Assembly (NCBI RefSeq): GCF_023055435.1
Contig: NW_025964386.1
Span: 186,001 to 250,000 of the forward strand
Direction: 5' to 3'
DNA from: Haliotis rufescens
Lineage: Eukaryota
Length of the DNA stretch: 64,000 nucleotides
Under the pieces are notes generated by a model. That model saw only the letters and a list, made by a program, of their open reading frames with translations, did no database searches and had not been told where the DNA came from. This document shows, piece after piece, positions 36,101 through 48,349 of this stretch; position 1 is the stretch's first letter, and the number at the start of each line of letters is the position of its first letter. The translations under genes were made by a program, and so were the position numbers.

Positions 36101-37543
36101 TTCCATGTGTGACCAAATCAGGCATATTTTGACCATCAATGTGTGTATTGTTCCAGATTCATAATAAATATAGCCTGTTAATTTTATTGCTGTTTTCACC
36201 ATGTTCATGTTGACTAATTGCTTGAAACATATGATGAGCAGTTGCACCATGTGCAATGTACTGAAAATATATTTATATGTTTTTAAAACAATATTTTCCA
36301 GAAGGTTTACCTGAATATGCTGAATAACATTTAGTACGTTGATAAATGTCTGACAGGTATGAAGTTGTCGGACAAAATGGCAGATTCAACATAACATTCT
36401 GATTGATCAATAGTCAACATGGTCAATGATCATTGATGATGCTGTTTGTTTGAAAGGTGGTGATAAGTTAATTCCTTACACCTTTCCTTAAGACCTTTTC
36501 AAATTATCATCAGTTTGTAACAAAACAAAACAAAACTTTTTATTACCACTGGTAGGGGAATTATGATTTGGTTCATCATTTTCATAGTATCTTTTTCCTC
36601 CATCATGTCCATAGCATTTGACATAATAATCATGAAGGGTCATCATGTCATATCTGAGCTCATCATACATAAACAATGATAAAGATGATAAATGTACCTT
36701 TAAACCTAATCATGGTAGTGTATAAAATAAGTTGTATGACTGACCTGGGGCACAGGGGATGACCGACGGGCAGTTGTTGGCATCCCATATCTCAGTGTTA
36801 TGGCGGAAATCTCACGCAGTAACACTCGGTCACTCATGGCACCTGGAAGATGGGTAATGATAATCATTATAAACATAGACACTACAGTATTGGGCTGGGA
36901 CGAGTCCAAATTTACTACCCGGGTACCCACCCCCTCTATTACCCGACCCTACCCGGGTACCCACTATAGGTCTCAGGTGATGTCTCAAAATGTCCGAATG
37001 GGAACATTTTTAGCATAGCCCTGGCAAATCGTATTTAGATACATGTATTAAACAATCTGGTCATTCATACACTGAAGATGAATTTAGTTATATCTTTATT
37101 CAACCATAGGAAAAATCAGAAGGATTTGGTGCATAGTCAGAAAGAAATGCGAACATTAGTGACTTGTAGCGTAACCATAGAGTTCTAGATATATTTTGTC
37201 ATCAAACAATATATCACGTGACTAACCACGGGTCCGGGTAGTCCTGTGGGTACCTCCTACTCAGTACCCACCCGACCCGGGTACCGAGTTACCCGTGCCA
37301 GTCCTACTACAGTACTATCATTATCTATTAGACAATAGTTTTCATAATTTTCTGAATGATCATGATGGTTAATGGGTCGTTGTATTGTGTACTTCAGCAT
37401 GTGAGAAATGTACCCAAGGTAGGAATACCTTTCTGCATTTATTGAGGATATTTGTGAAATGATTATGATTAATACTTACCAAAGGTGGCCACTATGAAGA
37501 CAGATGAAAAGGTGAAAATCAGGGAAAGAGCTCTTCCTGCCAT
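30125..37543 (-). CDS. SARAF: Store-operated calcium entry-associated regulatory factor (SARAF/TMEM66), complete, 7 coding exons
   Basis: Exons 37543-37480, 36842-36745, 35363-35271, 33609-33499, 32307-32195, 31067-30862, 30576-30125, all GT-AG and in frame. Features: signal peptide MAGRALSLIFTFSSVFIVATFG; luminal RRSSPVPQLKCVGG..VVQCQNRGFDGYDVQWECK..CEGYDYPDDPYVLRGSCGLEY; a TM helix; PPPY; GGGFWTGMGAGGLLGYLFG; C-terminal TRTASGFGGTKRR. Confidence 0.97.
31688..31968 (-). mobile_element. Short retroposon family B (~280 bp, non-tRNA structured head, (AAAC)n tail), full length
   Basis: TSD GCTTAGATTCT at 31677-31687 and 31969-31979. Head GGACCCGTGAAGATCC..GGCGACTAACGGG. 3' tail shared with family A. 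Confidence 0.88.
32619..32780 (-). mobile_element. SINE family A copy inserted in a degenerate family B copy (SARAF intron)
   Basis: TSD CAATCAATTGAGA on both sides. Confidence 0.88.
33117..33333. mobile_element. Palindromic MITE, ~215 bp (SARAF intron)
   Basis: TTGACGGATGACAAAGTAGACACAAT ... ATTGTGTCTACTTTGTCATCCGTCAA. Confidence 0.82.
33794..34293. mobile_element. Non-autonomous TIR element, ~500 bp
   Basis: TIR AGCTCCAGATAAG / CTTATCTGGAGCT; internal short sub-terminal repeats. Confidence 0.65.
34610..34770 (+). pseudogene. CR1/L2-like LINE 3' remnant
   Basis: LLLYGN....ENEAIFKAVQHYI motif, typical of ORF2 C-termini; interrupted by a MITE. Confidence 0.5.
34768..34895. mobile_element. 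Palindromic MITE, TACTCAAAAGAAGTTAAGGATCACC family (copies at about 212-300, 9015-9130, 9721-9802, 63455-63575)
   Basis: TIR of about 35 bp, TA-flanked, at least five copies in the window. Confidence 0.8.
36890..37306. mobile_element. hAT-like non-autonomous DNA transposon (SARAF intron)
   Basis: 8-bp TSD CTACAGTA at 36882-36889 and 37307-37314; imperfect TIR T(T/A)GG(G/A)CTGG; sub-terminal ACCCG repeats. Confidence 0.75.
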
Positions 37544-38726
37544 CTTGTTAGACAGGGTAGAAAGTCTTTCACTAATTCCAAATATTATCCCCCTGGACTG
37601 TTGCTGGATTGTTTAATTGCTTTATGTCTTGCAACTGGAATAAACAGACAAAATAATGAGCAATGATTAGTATTTAGCATGTGTTTAGTGACTTGACAAG
37701 CTGTTGATTGGTTACATATAATGAATTCATGATTGTTGAGTACCAATATGTTTTAAGTCTACTAGGTCTTGGGCAAGTTTAGTGACTCTTAATACACATG
37801 ATACATATATACATGATAGGTATATTACCTTACAAGCGGGGAATATTAACCGCTGAAAAACACTTCCGGGTGTTGTAGAACAGAGTTAAAACTAAAGCGA
37901 AACCACTCTTCGTCTTGCAGTAGCAGTCAGTTTGCAATACAAGCTCGTCAAAATACTCCGTCGATTCAGTACTAGTTGGTGACAGTTAGTTGTATCGAAA
38001 GTTCACGTCACTAATAAAAGCAAATTCTTACCTATAAATAGGTTATACTGATGCAAACTGTTATGACATTACGAAAATGTATTAACTGTACACTCTCACC
38101 AACCGTCTATTGACGAATCATCCAAGTTGCTGCGCCAACTCCTCACAGCGACAGCTACTTCGTTTTATCTATGCTATCACGATGGTGCGCAAAAGTCACA
38201 CGTAGTTTGGAGCTTGGGAATTTTAAAAGGGAACCAACTCCTGAGACTTTTCCATTAGCCTACCACATAAAATATTACTTCAAACACGTTTCGTTTGGCA
38301 AATAAATGATTGGTGATATCACTTAATATCATTTGTGTGTGTGTGTGGGTGGGGAGGTGGGGTGGGGTGTGTGTGTGAGTGATATGAAAAACAACAACAC
38401 ACAGACTGTTAACAGGAACCAGAGTCGGTATATGGTCTCTGCAGGAACTAAGTAACAATGTGAGACCGATCATGAACTAACAATTCATTACATTAACCTT
38501 GTAAATACTTACACGATATTCGTGTACTGACCTGTCATAGTGAATTACCTGTACATAATATACTGGACTGGATATTTGCATAATCCACAAACAGCGATAC
38601 CGTTAAAGAAACCGTTATCTAAACCGCGAAGCGTTCTATTATCATAATGTACTACCTTCTTGATCTTTTTTAAGCGGATAATGTTGACCTATTCACCTAT
38701 GGGTAATACTGAAGGACTGAAGATCA

Positions 38727-38758
<32 letters not shown>

Positions 38759-40432
38759 GGGGGGGTGAAATTGCGTAGTCAACAACATTGCATCAATTTC
38801 ACATGCTTTTACCTGTGTTTATTTTCGTAAGTGTCATATTTTCTCATGTAGACTACATATTTCAATGCCATATATTTTCTTTTTGTTGTCATATTTATCA
38901 CTAATCAGCTGTGCTATATGAATTTCCCTGTGGATAATAAAGTCTTGTCTTATCTTATGCTATCGTATCTTATGTTACGAAATGTTTTGTATTTGGTCTA
39001 GACAAAGACGTATATAGATGTATTTGTACATACGTCTTTGGTCTGGAAGAGCCAAACCGTAAATAATCGCAGCAACTATCATGTCGGGGTTTGCAATCAA
39101 TAACAGTCAACATTTTCTGCGTCTTTATGACAATCATGGTCAGTCGGTCAACATTTTCTTCGTCTTTATGACAATCATGGTCACAATAAATAAACAATTC
39201 ATCGATTCATATTATCAATCCTGATTTGCAACTGAGATATTAAATTAGAAGAGTGACATGTCAGTTTTATATTCATCCTCGATTTCTCATTCTATTATGA
39301 TAAATATATGTATCACAATAACATGGATATAACATGGATACTCGAGGATGTTTTAATTCTGGGCTGAACGGTTTCTACATGTGATTGATAATATATCAGT
39401 TTATAGTAATTCCCAAACGCAATTATAACATTACCAATATTGCGCAATGCTTATCATGATAACATGTTGATTTCGTTGTTAAGTAAAATAAATAAAATGT
39501 TTACATAATAAAGTGTTTATGCTATTTGGGGTTGGCTTTTGGGTGCAAGGTCTACCTTTACGTCCCTTCCAGTACATAAGGATAAAAAAAAACAACTAAA
39601 CTCTCTCCTTCGGAAGACTAAAAAAACCCTGAACTATTAACACTAAAATTTAAAATATAAAATATCTACATCTTTTATATTCCGTCAGCGACATATACAT
39701 GTTTGTATCAGATTTAGAAACAATGTTGATATCTTTTCAAAGAAATTTTTAAATTAACCTCCTAGGAAAAATATGATTCGTTGAAACGGATACTATCAAA
39801 TATTTTATGGTCTCTGGTAGAACAAAAAAATCAATTCCTTGTGGAATCTAGACAATAATGAAGTTTTAGAGACACAAATGTGACCCCCCCCCCCCCCCCC
39901 CCCCCCCTCCAAAAAAACCCAAAACAAAACAACAACAACAATCAACAACAAACAACAACAACAAAAAACAACAACAAAGGCAGCGTTACTAGCCGAGTTT
40001 AGTCGGTATTATTTTGCCATGAATTAATTATGTATGAATTTTGCAACAGATCAAGGACGTTGGTCACGTTGACATCATCATGGAGACCAAAGATTCGTCT
40101 TTAGGGAGACTATAAAGACCCTCTAAATAGACTCCCTGATATCATTACTTATCTGAACTAATATTTCACAGACATTGTAAAATATGTGAAATTTCTATAT
40201 AAAATTTGAATTATCTTGTAAACATATATAATTTGAATATAAGTAACGCAAATACTGCTAGACGTAACGAAATACATGTTTTGGATTTGTGTCTCTCTGA
40301 TGGAGCTTCTAGCACAGTGGCGTTTGCAACCGAAACCGGTTTCGCGAATCGAACGACTATTTGACCTGTTCGTCCTTCCGGTTGCAGCCATAGCCGAAAC
40401 ATAGAGCAAGAACACAGAGACTGCAGGCAGAA

Positions 40433-43331
40433 ATGGCGAGTTCAGAACCCGACAATAAGCGCCACAAGCGCCTTTATAACATCTTCACAGCGCCCGATGG
40501 AAAAGAATGCGAAAAGAAGGTTTTGTGGGGCACTACATACGGTGCTATTTCAGGTTGGTTTTGAATATCAGTTCGAACTAATGTCAGTCGCCGGTCGGTT
40601 CAGCTCCGTGGCGTTTCTGTCGCCGTATAAGTTTGCCATTGATTACACTGCGTTTGTTACCCTAATATGTGTGGTTAAGCATCAGTGCTAAACTTTGCAG
40701 TGAGACGGAGATAGATTGCCATTTCTACAGAATAAGCAGTGATTAGCATGGTTAGGGATTTGTTCACACTAGTGAACAAAATAGGATAAACATGATAAAC
40801 ATGATTAAGGTTTCACGTGTTTACTTACAACACAATGCGTTAACTAACAAGGTGAAATGTCAAAACGTGGACAAGTAATCAATAGATTGATGAAACATGT
40901 TGTAAAAAATATCAGAATACGAATAATATTTGCTTGGCCTAAAAACTATAATGCCAAATATTGTAGCTCAAGTTTTGTTTGAACCATGATGATACACCTG
41001 ACTGTAGTCATGAATGATACACCTGTATGACTGTCATGACAACCTATCTGACTGTTATAATACTCATATGGCTGTAACAATACATTGGTACAGTCTGCTG
41101 ATTTCCGCATGTTTCAGGTTCCATCCTAGCTTCCTATGACATCATGGGCTACAGTGGAGCGAGTACTCTTGCAAATGGTCTTGGAAGATGGGCTTTTCAT
41201 TTATTTCCAATGGGTATGTATTACATTAATAAATGTTAGCATTGTATTTGTAAAGTTTATACTCCTCACAATGCCTAGGTCTTTGCAAATATGCATGACT
41301 TAGTGTGTTCCCTTGTAATCCAGAACAGACAAGTATCAAGAAGTTTTAATTCATCTCTATTTTGCCTACCATGATCATGATGATAACTGGTATCATCATT
41401 TTTATTTCCAATGCATATAGGCCACAGGCCTTTGTGTACAAAAGTTGCGTACAGACAAGTTTTAAACATTCAGTTTTGCATTTCTTACTTCATTTGCATA
41501 ATATAGATATTTTGCTAGATTTGTAATAATAATATATCTGGTGAAGCCAGAAGCATATTAAATTTATGAACGTTAGGATGACAATAGATCCTTGCTTTGA
41601 GATATAGTTGCCGTAACTTGACATACGATGGACAAATAAGCAGGAAGTGGTACTCGGTGTCAACACAGTCTAATTTACAAAGTTTGCATTTTCCTAAATT
41701 CCTTGGGTTTTTAAAATGACGTCCATTCTCAATTTTCAAAATATGACAACTCAGTCTGAATCTCGTCAGGGTTGTTTTCATATTTTGTGAATTTAAGGAT
41801 GACAACTGGTATGGCTGCACCAATGCTCGAAATCAAACACAATAGTCGTGGGTCCTGAATGAATGAAGAGTTAGGGTGTCCCTAGGTTCAAATATTGTGA
41901 CAGCAAGCCAGAAGGACCCTAAGTTCAGAATCAGCAGAATCATTGTGTGACAAGAATATGATCAGGGCTATATCTAGGATGCTTACTGTGTCTAGGGGAG
42001 GTATTAGGAATGTTCTGAACTTGATTTGGATTTGTTTTGTCCAGTTTGGGAATTTACCAGTATTTGATCATGTTGATGTAGCACTAATTCTACACAGCTC
42101 ACAGGATGTGCAAACTCTAACCTTACTTGTTACTTTCTCTAATAACAGCTGCTGTCGGAGGAACCTACACAGCTGTTTCGTGCATCTCGGGAAAGATGCG
42201 AGGCAAGGATGACCCGTTTAACCATATCCTAGGAGGCTTGGCTGCAGGAAGCATCTATGGAGTCAAGTGTGAGTGTTTCACGCAACCCCCTTTTTACTCC
42301 ATGGTCCTCTTTGTTGGATTCAGGTGCTGTGACTTAGTAGTGCTTGAGCGAATTATCAAATAGTCGGTCAATGTTTTGATCCGCAGTCAGAGTGATTATC
42401 TATCTATTATCTTGTCTAAATTATTTAGAATAAAATTATGTCTTATGTTCCAAATATGAACAGATGTCCAACCTCACTTGATTCAATAGTGTTAAGTAAC
42501 AATTATTTATGTTAATGATTGATGAGAGCTCCTGAAATTGAAAGAATGTTTCAGAGCAATAACCAGCACTACAGTTTAGTGTCCAAAGTTGCTTTGCTGA
42601 CCAGCTATGTTGTTAGTTTGGGTACAAACAACTTCCCAAGGTGAGGGAGTTAACTGACTATAAAAGTCCAGTTTCCACCCTTGCTGAACTAAGCTGCAAT
42701 TATGGAGTTATGTTTTGGCTGGACTAACCAGTCTATGCATAGTCCAATTAAAATCTGGAAATCAACATCAGAGGTGGAATCTGATTGGTCAATAGGAGGG
42801 ACATAGAAGCGCACAACTTGTAATAGCCACTGGTGGCACCAGGAAAGAACCCAGAAATTCCGGCCTAGTTCGGCAACGGTGGAAACTGGACTTTTATAGT
42901 CGGTTAACTCCCTTGCCTTGCCTTGGGAAGATGGGGTACAAATAAATGACCCCTCATGTGGGTTCCAGGTTAGAATAGGTCCAAAGCAATGTATGCTGGC
43001 CATAAAAGTTGACCAAATGGATCGGTTGGTCAGCCTTGGTGACTAAGACTTGGTTGATTGACATTGTTGATTGACTTGGTTGATTGATTTGGTGTAATTT
43101 TGCTCGACTCATTCTGACTGTCCACCCTTTTTGTTTTTTTCAGTCCAGAGCCAGAAGGTGGGATGGGGTGTTGGTATCTTATTTGCAGTCATCGGTTTGA
43201 CTGCCAAGACTGTCTACATGTACAACTTCTCTATACTACCACAGAAGGAACGCAGACAGAAAGGATTCTACGACTACAGGAAATCTTACTTAACGGAAAG
43301 ACCAAACCCCGAGGGCAAGATTGACTGTTGA
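40433..43331 (+). CDS. NDUFA11: NADH dehydrogenase (ubiquinone) 1 alpha subcomplex subunit 11 (B14.7, Tim17 family), 4 exons
   Basis: Exons 40433-40553, 41118-41213, 42149-42268, 43144-43331 join in frame: MASSEPDNKRHKRLYNIFTAPDGKECEKK...PMAAVGGTYTAVSCISGKMRGKDDPFNHILGGLAAGSIYGVK...KIDC*. The PDGxxC and R.KDDP.N..LGG..AG motifs are typical of NDUFA11. Confidence 0.9.
41515..41823 (-). pseudogene. Non-LTR retrotransposon ORF2 C-terminal remnant (CCHC zinc knuckle) in NDUFA11 intron 2
   Basis: LTRFRLSCHILKIENGR..CKLCKLDCVDTEYHFLLICPSY. Confidence 0.8.
42632..42931. mobile_element. MITE, ~300 bp (NDUFA11 intron 3); related partial copy at about 3343-3790
   Basis: AGGGAGTTAACTGACTATAAAAGTCCAGTTTCCACC ... 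GGTGGAAACTGGACTTTTATAGTCGGTTAACTCCCT. Confidence 0.8.
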
Positions 43332-44334
43332 TGTAAAAGTGTGTTAGTTGCCAGTTTACTTTGTGTGGAGGATGTGTATACAGAGGCCATTGTATACAGT
43401 CACAAAAATCTATGGTCAAGTGCTGCATTTGTCCCCTTATGGCATAATGCGAATACTAGAGAAAGACTAAAGTCTGTATTGTTTCCTTGTACATATGCAT
43501 TAAAATGTGGAAATACAAACATGTTTAAGAAAAAAGTGTACATTTGTTATTTTTTATTCATTCCTTACGTTTTGAGACCACCCACCCCAAAAACATAATT
43601 GTGAAAATATTGCTTTCCTCTGAGATTCTATTTATGTCCAGGGCATCCTACGTCACAATGATTCATAAAGCTGGTGGTGCGACAGAGCTTTTTAGTATGG
43701 CAAGTTTACTTATATATACCCACAATGGAGATGCCATTCATTTTCAGCTTCAATTATTACAATAAGAGTTGTTATTTCCGGACGTAATCTAGGGATGTCA
43801 TCGTATATCATGATATTGATGTATCGGTAAATGTTTATTGTCGATGCTGTATTTATACTTATTCACTGCCACAGAAATGTTTATGTTTACATGTATTAAG
43901 ATTACCACGGTAAAGATGGACAAAGACAAGGCAGGTAATTGATATTGAACATATAATTGATCAACCTAGTTCATATTTGGCATTAAATTGATTAATTGCA
44001 GGTCTGAAAAGTAATTTTTATCTGTACACATTGACATACAGAATCATTAATTTTATTATTAATTGATATTTATCATCCAAAACTGGCTCCCACAGGAGAT
44101 ATTGCTTGGATGAGATCAAGCGATATCTACACTGTAGATATCGCTGCAATGAAATTACATCACAATGCTTTGCAGACCATTGTGACGTCACCGGTTACCA
44201 TGACATCACAATCAAATGACATCACTAATGGCTCTGCCACTGAAGCTGTTTGCAGTCCTCTTTACACTGAAGACACTGCTAATTACTCTCTACAAATTGA
44301 AAAAGTTGAAAGAATGATGTTGGATCATAAATAA

Positions 44335-44478
44335 AATCTCACCCTCGTGTCTTTTGATATCAAATATATCAACACTCGTTGATAAAAGTGGCAAAAATCC
44401 TCGGCAAGCGTCAGAATTTTCCACTTTTATCAACTTGTGTTGATATATTTGATATCAAAAGACACGAGGGTGAGATTC
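44335..44478. mobile_element. Palindromic MITE, ~145 bp
   Basis: ATCTCACCCTCGTGTCTTTTGATATCAAATATATCAACAC ... GTGTTGATATATTTGATATCAAAAGACACGAGGGTGAGAT. Confidence 0.85.
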
Positions 44479-45544
44479 TCTATATATATCGTCATACTTT
44501 TGAGTGGGGTAGGGGGGTACACATGTGACCCAGTAGTCTAAGGCGCTGCAATTTGCTTGGCAGAGTTGTGTCCCTTTGGGCACACCAGAATTCTATGATT
44601 GTGGGTTCGAATCCCGGTTAGCCTGAGTTATGATTCTGGGTTTGTCAGCATGATTCCAGTGCTCTAGGGTTTCACGCAAGTGGTAAACGTCTGAGATCTG
44701 CATCACTTCGGTCTTTCCTCACACATATGCTGACACACAGTGATATAACTGGAATACTGTTAAAAGCAGCATTAATCCCAACTCATTCACTTTTAAGTGC
44801 ATATATGGATACAAATATTTCCAATTGATGATATCCTGACCCCAAAGCTATAAATCCCCTGAAAAGATTTCATGGCTGTAAAAACATGTAGACCTGTTTA
44901 CACAACCCCCTCCCTTCTATCCCCACTTCCTACCAAAACATTAAGGAATTGATAATAAGATCTGCTGGTTGCATTGGTTTGAATCCTAGATTGGCTCTGA
45001 TTATGTTCCTTGGTTTGTCTGCACAGGTTGCTGCAGCTATTTCACCGAAGTCAAATTGGGCTTTCTATCAATATTAAGCTGACATGTACAATGCTTTAAG
45101 TGAAAAGTGCCTCTAGAATGAACGTATGACCAAGATGGCTGCTGATTATTTTTATGTAGATTTATGTAAAAGGGTCACCCGGCTGTACTTGTTTCTTGTT
45201 CAGACTTTATTACATACAGGCTGCCGTCATACCGCTGACTGCGGCGGTAAACAACAAAGTGATCAGCGGTCGGTATATAGTTGTTTAAAGTGTTTGAAGA
45301 CCAGTAAAATATCCAGCACGTCAGGCTATGCGGCGACAGAGGCAGGCGACTTAAATGAAGTTATAATAGTAGGTTTGAATAACTATGTTTCAATGACGAT
45401 TCCAGATCGGTAATGCATGCTACTTCACAGGTCACACAGAGGCGTTGATAGACTCACGGTAATTCTCACTGAGCAATATTTTTTTTGTTTCGTGTTGATT
45501 GATAAGTACGTTCCAATTTTTTTCAATGATTACAGATAGTCCCA

Positions 45545-46425
45545 TAGCAACGTGACGTCATATGAACGCACATTCGTGACCAACTCGTGTTCATTCGTCA
45601 CCACTCGCCCCTTTCCGCAACCTGGAAGAAGACTCGTCCCCCTATCGATGAATGTTATGTGCGAAAATACGACAAACCAATCAGAATACGCGTATGATTT
45701 TAAGTTCTTCGTCAAAGAATCCCTCAGAAATAATTTTGATTTTACATATGTCTTGCATCTAAAAATATACCAAAGACACAGTTAAATGTGTTCAATTATA
45801 CTGTATAATGTCGCACGTCCCAATGTGCTTTAAATTGCATCTGAAACAAATAATATACGGGGAAATATATGTGAACCACTACGCAAAGATTTTACAATTG
45901 TTTTAGGTATGCCCTTTTGCGCTAAGACGGAACCCGGTCGCAAAAATGGCCATGAGAGCGGCACGAGTCGCTATTCGGCTTGTCCCGGAATAACACGAGT
46001 TGGTCACGAATGACTCGTGTTATTCCGGGACACGCCGAATAGCGACTCGCGCCCCCTCTCGTGGCCATTGTTTTGCGCAAACGGGCATAGTTAAAAGAAT
46101 TGTCAACTCTTTGCGTAATGATTCTCGTATATTTCCCCCATGTCATATTTGTTCCAGATACTATTTACAACATATCGGGACTTATTTATACAGTATGATT
46201 GAACCCATTTAATTGTATCTAGGGTACATTTTGGCTGAAAGACATATGTAAAATATTCCTGAGGGATTCTTTGAACGAAGAACTTGAAGTCATACGCGCA
46301 TTTTTTTGCACATAACATTCATCGATAGGGGGGCGAGTCTTCTTGCAGGTTACGGAAAGGGGCGAGTGGTGACGAATGATGAACGCATTGTTACAAATAT
46401 ATGTATTTGAACAATATCACGTTCG
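45545..46425. mobile_element. Large fold-back (palindromic) element, ~880 bp
   Basis: 45590-45663 is the reverse complement of about 46308-46380, and the symmetry continues inward to a centre at about 46003 (ACACGAGT..ACTCGTGT). Confidence 0.85.
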
Positions 46426-46809
46426 GATCTTTCCGTCAAGCCTGGAAAAAGACAGCGCCTTCGGTTGATTGATTGATAATTGAAGACGAAGTCATCAATT
46501 GTTCATGACCTCTCAAATGATTTAACGCCAACTGTGTTGTGTCCACCCGTGTACAGGGAAAGCACGTTTGTCTACATTTTCTCATTTTTTAAATATTTTT
46601 TTGTCTAACGCCGCACTCAGCAATATTCCAGCTATATGACGGCGGTCTGTAAATAATCGAGTCTGGACCAGACAATCCAGTGACTGACATCATGAGCATC
46701 GATCCACGCAAAGGGATACGATGACATGCATCAACCAAGTCAGCGAGCCTGACCACCCGATCCTGTTAGTCGCCTCTTACGACAATCATACGACAAGTAT
46801 TGGTTTCTG

Positions 46810-47140
46810 AGTGAGTGAGTTAGAGCAATATTCCAGCAAAATCACGGCGGGGGACACGGAAAATGGGATTCACACAATGTACCCATGTGGGGAATCGGTC
46901 CCGGGTCTTCGGCGTGACGAGCCAAAGCTTTAACCACCAGGCTACCCCACCGCCCCAATGGGTTTCTGAAGGGGCGGCCGGGTAGCCTAGTGGTTAAAGC
47001 GTTCGCTCGTCACGCCGAAGATCCGGGTTCGATTTCCGACATGGGTACAATGTGTGAAGCCCATTTCCTGTGTCCCCCGCCGTGATATTGCTGGAATATT
47101 GCTAAAAGCGGCGTAAAACCATATTCACTCTCACTCACTC
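46810..47140. mobile_element. Two family A SINEs head-to-head (46810-46956 minus; 46971-47140 plus) inside a family B element
   Basis: Both match family A. The target TGG(G)TTTCTGA appears left, between and right of the two copies. Confidence 0.88.
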
Positions 47141-48349
47141 ATGGGTTTCTGAAGACATTGGATCTTCACCCGTGGGTACAACATTTTCTCAGGAAATGGC
47201 TACGGTTAATATAAAGAATAACCTAATTGCATGTCCGAATTTAGGATTATCTGTCCCTCGCCAAGGCTTGGAACTTACACAATTGATTCACTCGGGACGG
47301 ATAATCCAGTGTTTAACCGCTGTTTACATACCGGCGGAAGGCTCAACAGCAACATTCTTTCGCTTATTATTATTGAGTTTCAAATGTTCGTCTGTCTTGT
47401 CCAGTTTCAATTTTTAACAGACTGAAATGTTGGACTATTGCGAGCTGCGGTGTAAAACGACATTCACTCCTTCACTGATCCAATTCCCACAGACACCTAT
47501 CATGGATGATGTTAAAATGCGACCGACGAGTTTCTTTTAAAGCAAATTTATTAATTAAACAGCTTTACGAAAAATGCATAAAACTATTTCTTCCGCAGTA
47601 TTACAAATGACTGTTCTTAATAGTTATGGCACAGAATATTAATGTAATTAGCGCGGATCGACTGGCGAAATTTCACATACGGCGTTAAACAACGAACCAA
47701 CAAATGCACCCTGTACACAGAAATGTATGACTACTGCAATTGCACGTATTACAACGTCTTGACAGGAAATGGGGATCACACCCTGGAGCGTAATAGTGCA
47801 TAACACCCTCTATAATCTAGTGTATTATATCTGAGTGACTCCATTCTAATTTGATAATGCATTGGCAACCATAGATTCGTATTGATCCCGATTCGAATAG
47901 CACGATGCTAAAATATGTCATCCAGTCAAATTACTCTCACCAGCAAGATAAATTATGTGCTTAGTTAGAAATGGAGCTATGGTAGTGGTGACGTCACTTC
48001 AGAAACGTTTATGATGTCAATCACTGGATTGTCTGGTCCAGACTCGATTACATACAGGCCGTCGTCATATAGCTGGAATATTGCTGAGTGTGGCGTTAAA
48101 CAACAAACAAACAAACAAAAGTTCAGAAACTAACCCATGGAGGTACATAGGATATTTATCAAAATGGCTAACTGAGGCTAACTGAGGAAGAGTGTATATC
48201 AGTGCATGGAAATGTCTACATACTATAGTCAATCTTGCATGGTGACAATTTACAGTTGGCATGAATTTCTCTGGTTCATGCCAGCGGATAATTATAAACT
48301 ATACCCTCTTTTGATGCACGTGCACCCGATAGTGCTGGGTGCATGTTCG

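Noticed and set aside
46971-47045. tRNA-Asp genes (here and at other family A heads)
   Set aside because: The acceptor stem is imperfect, and each copy continues into a SINE body and tail with TSDs.
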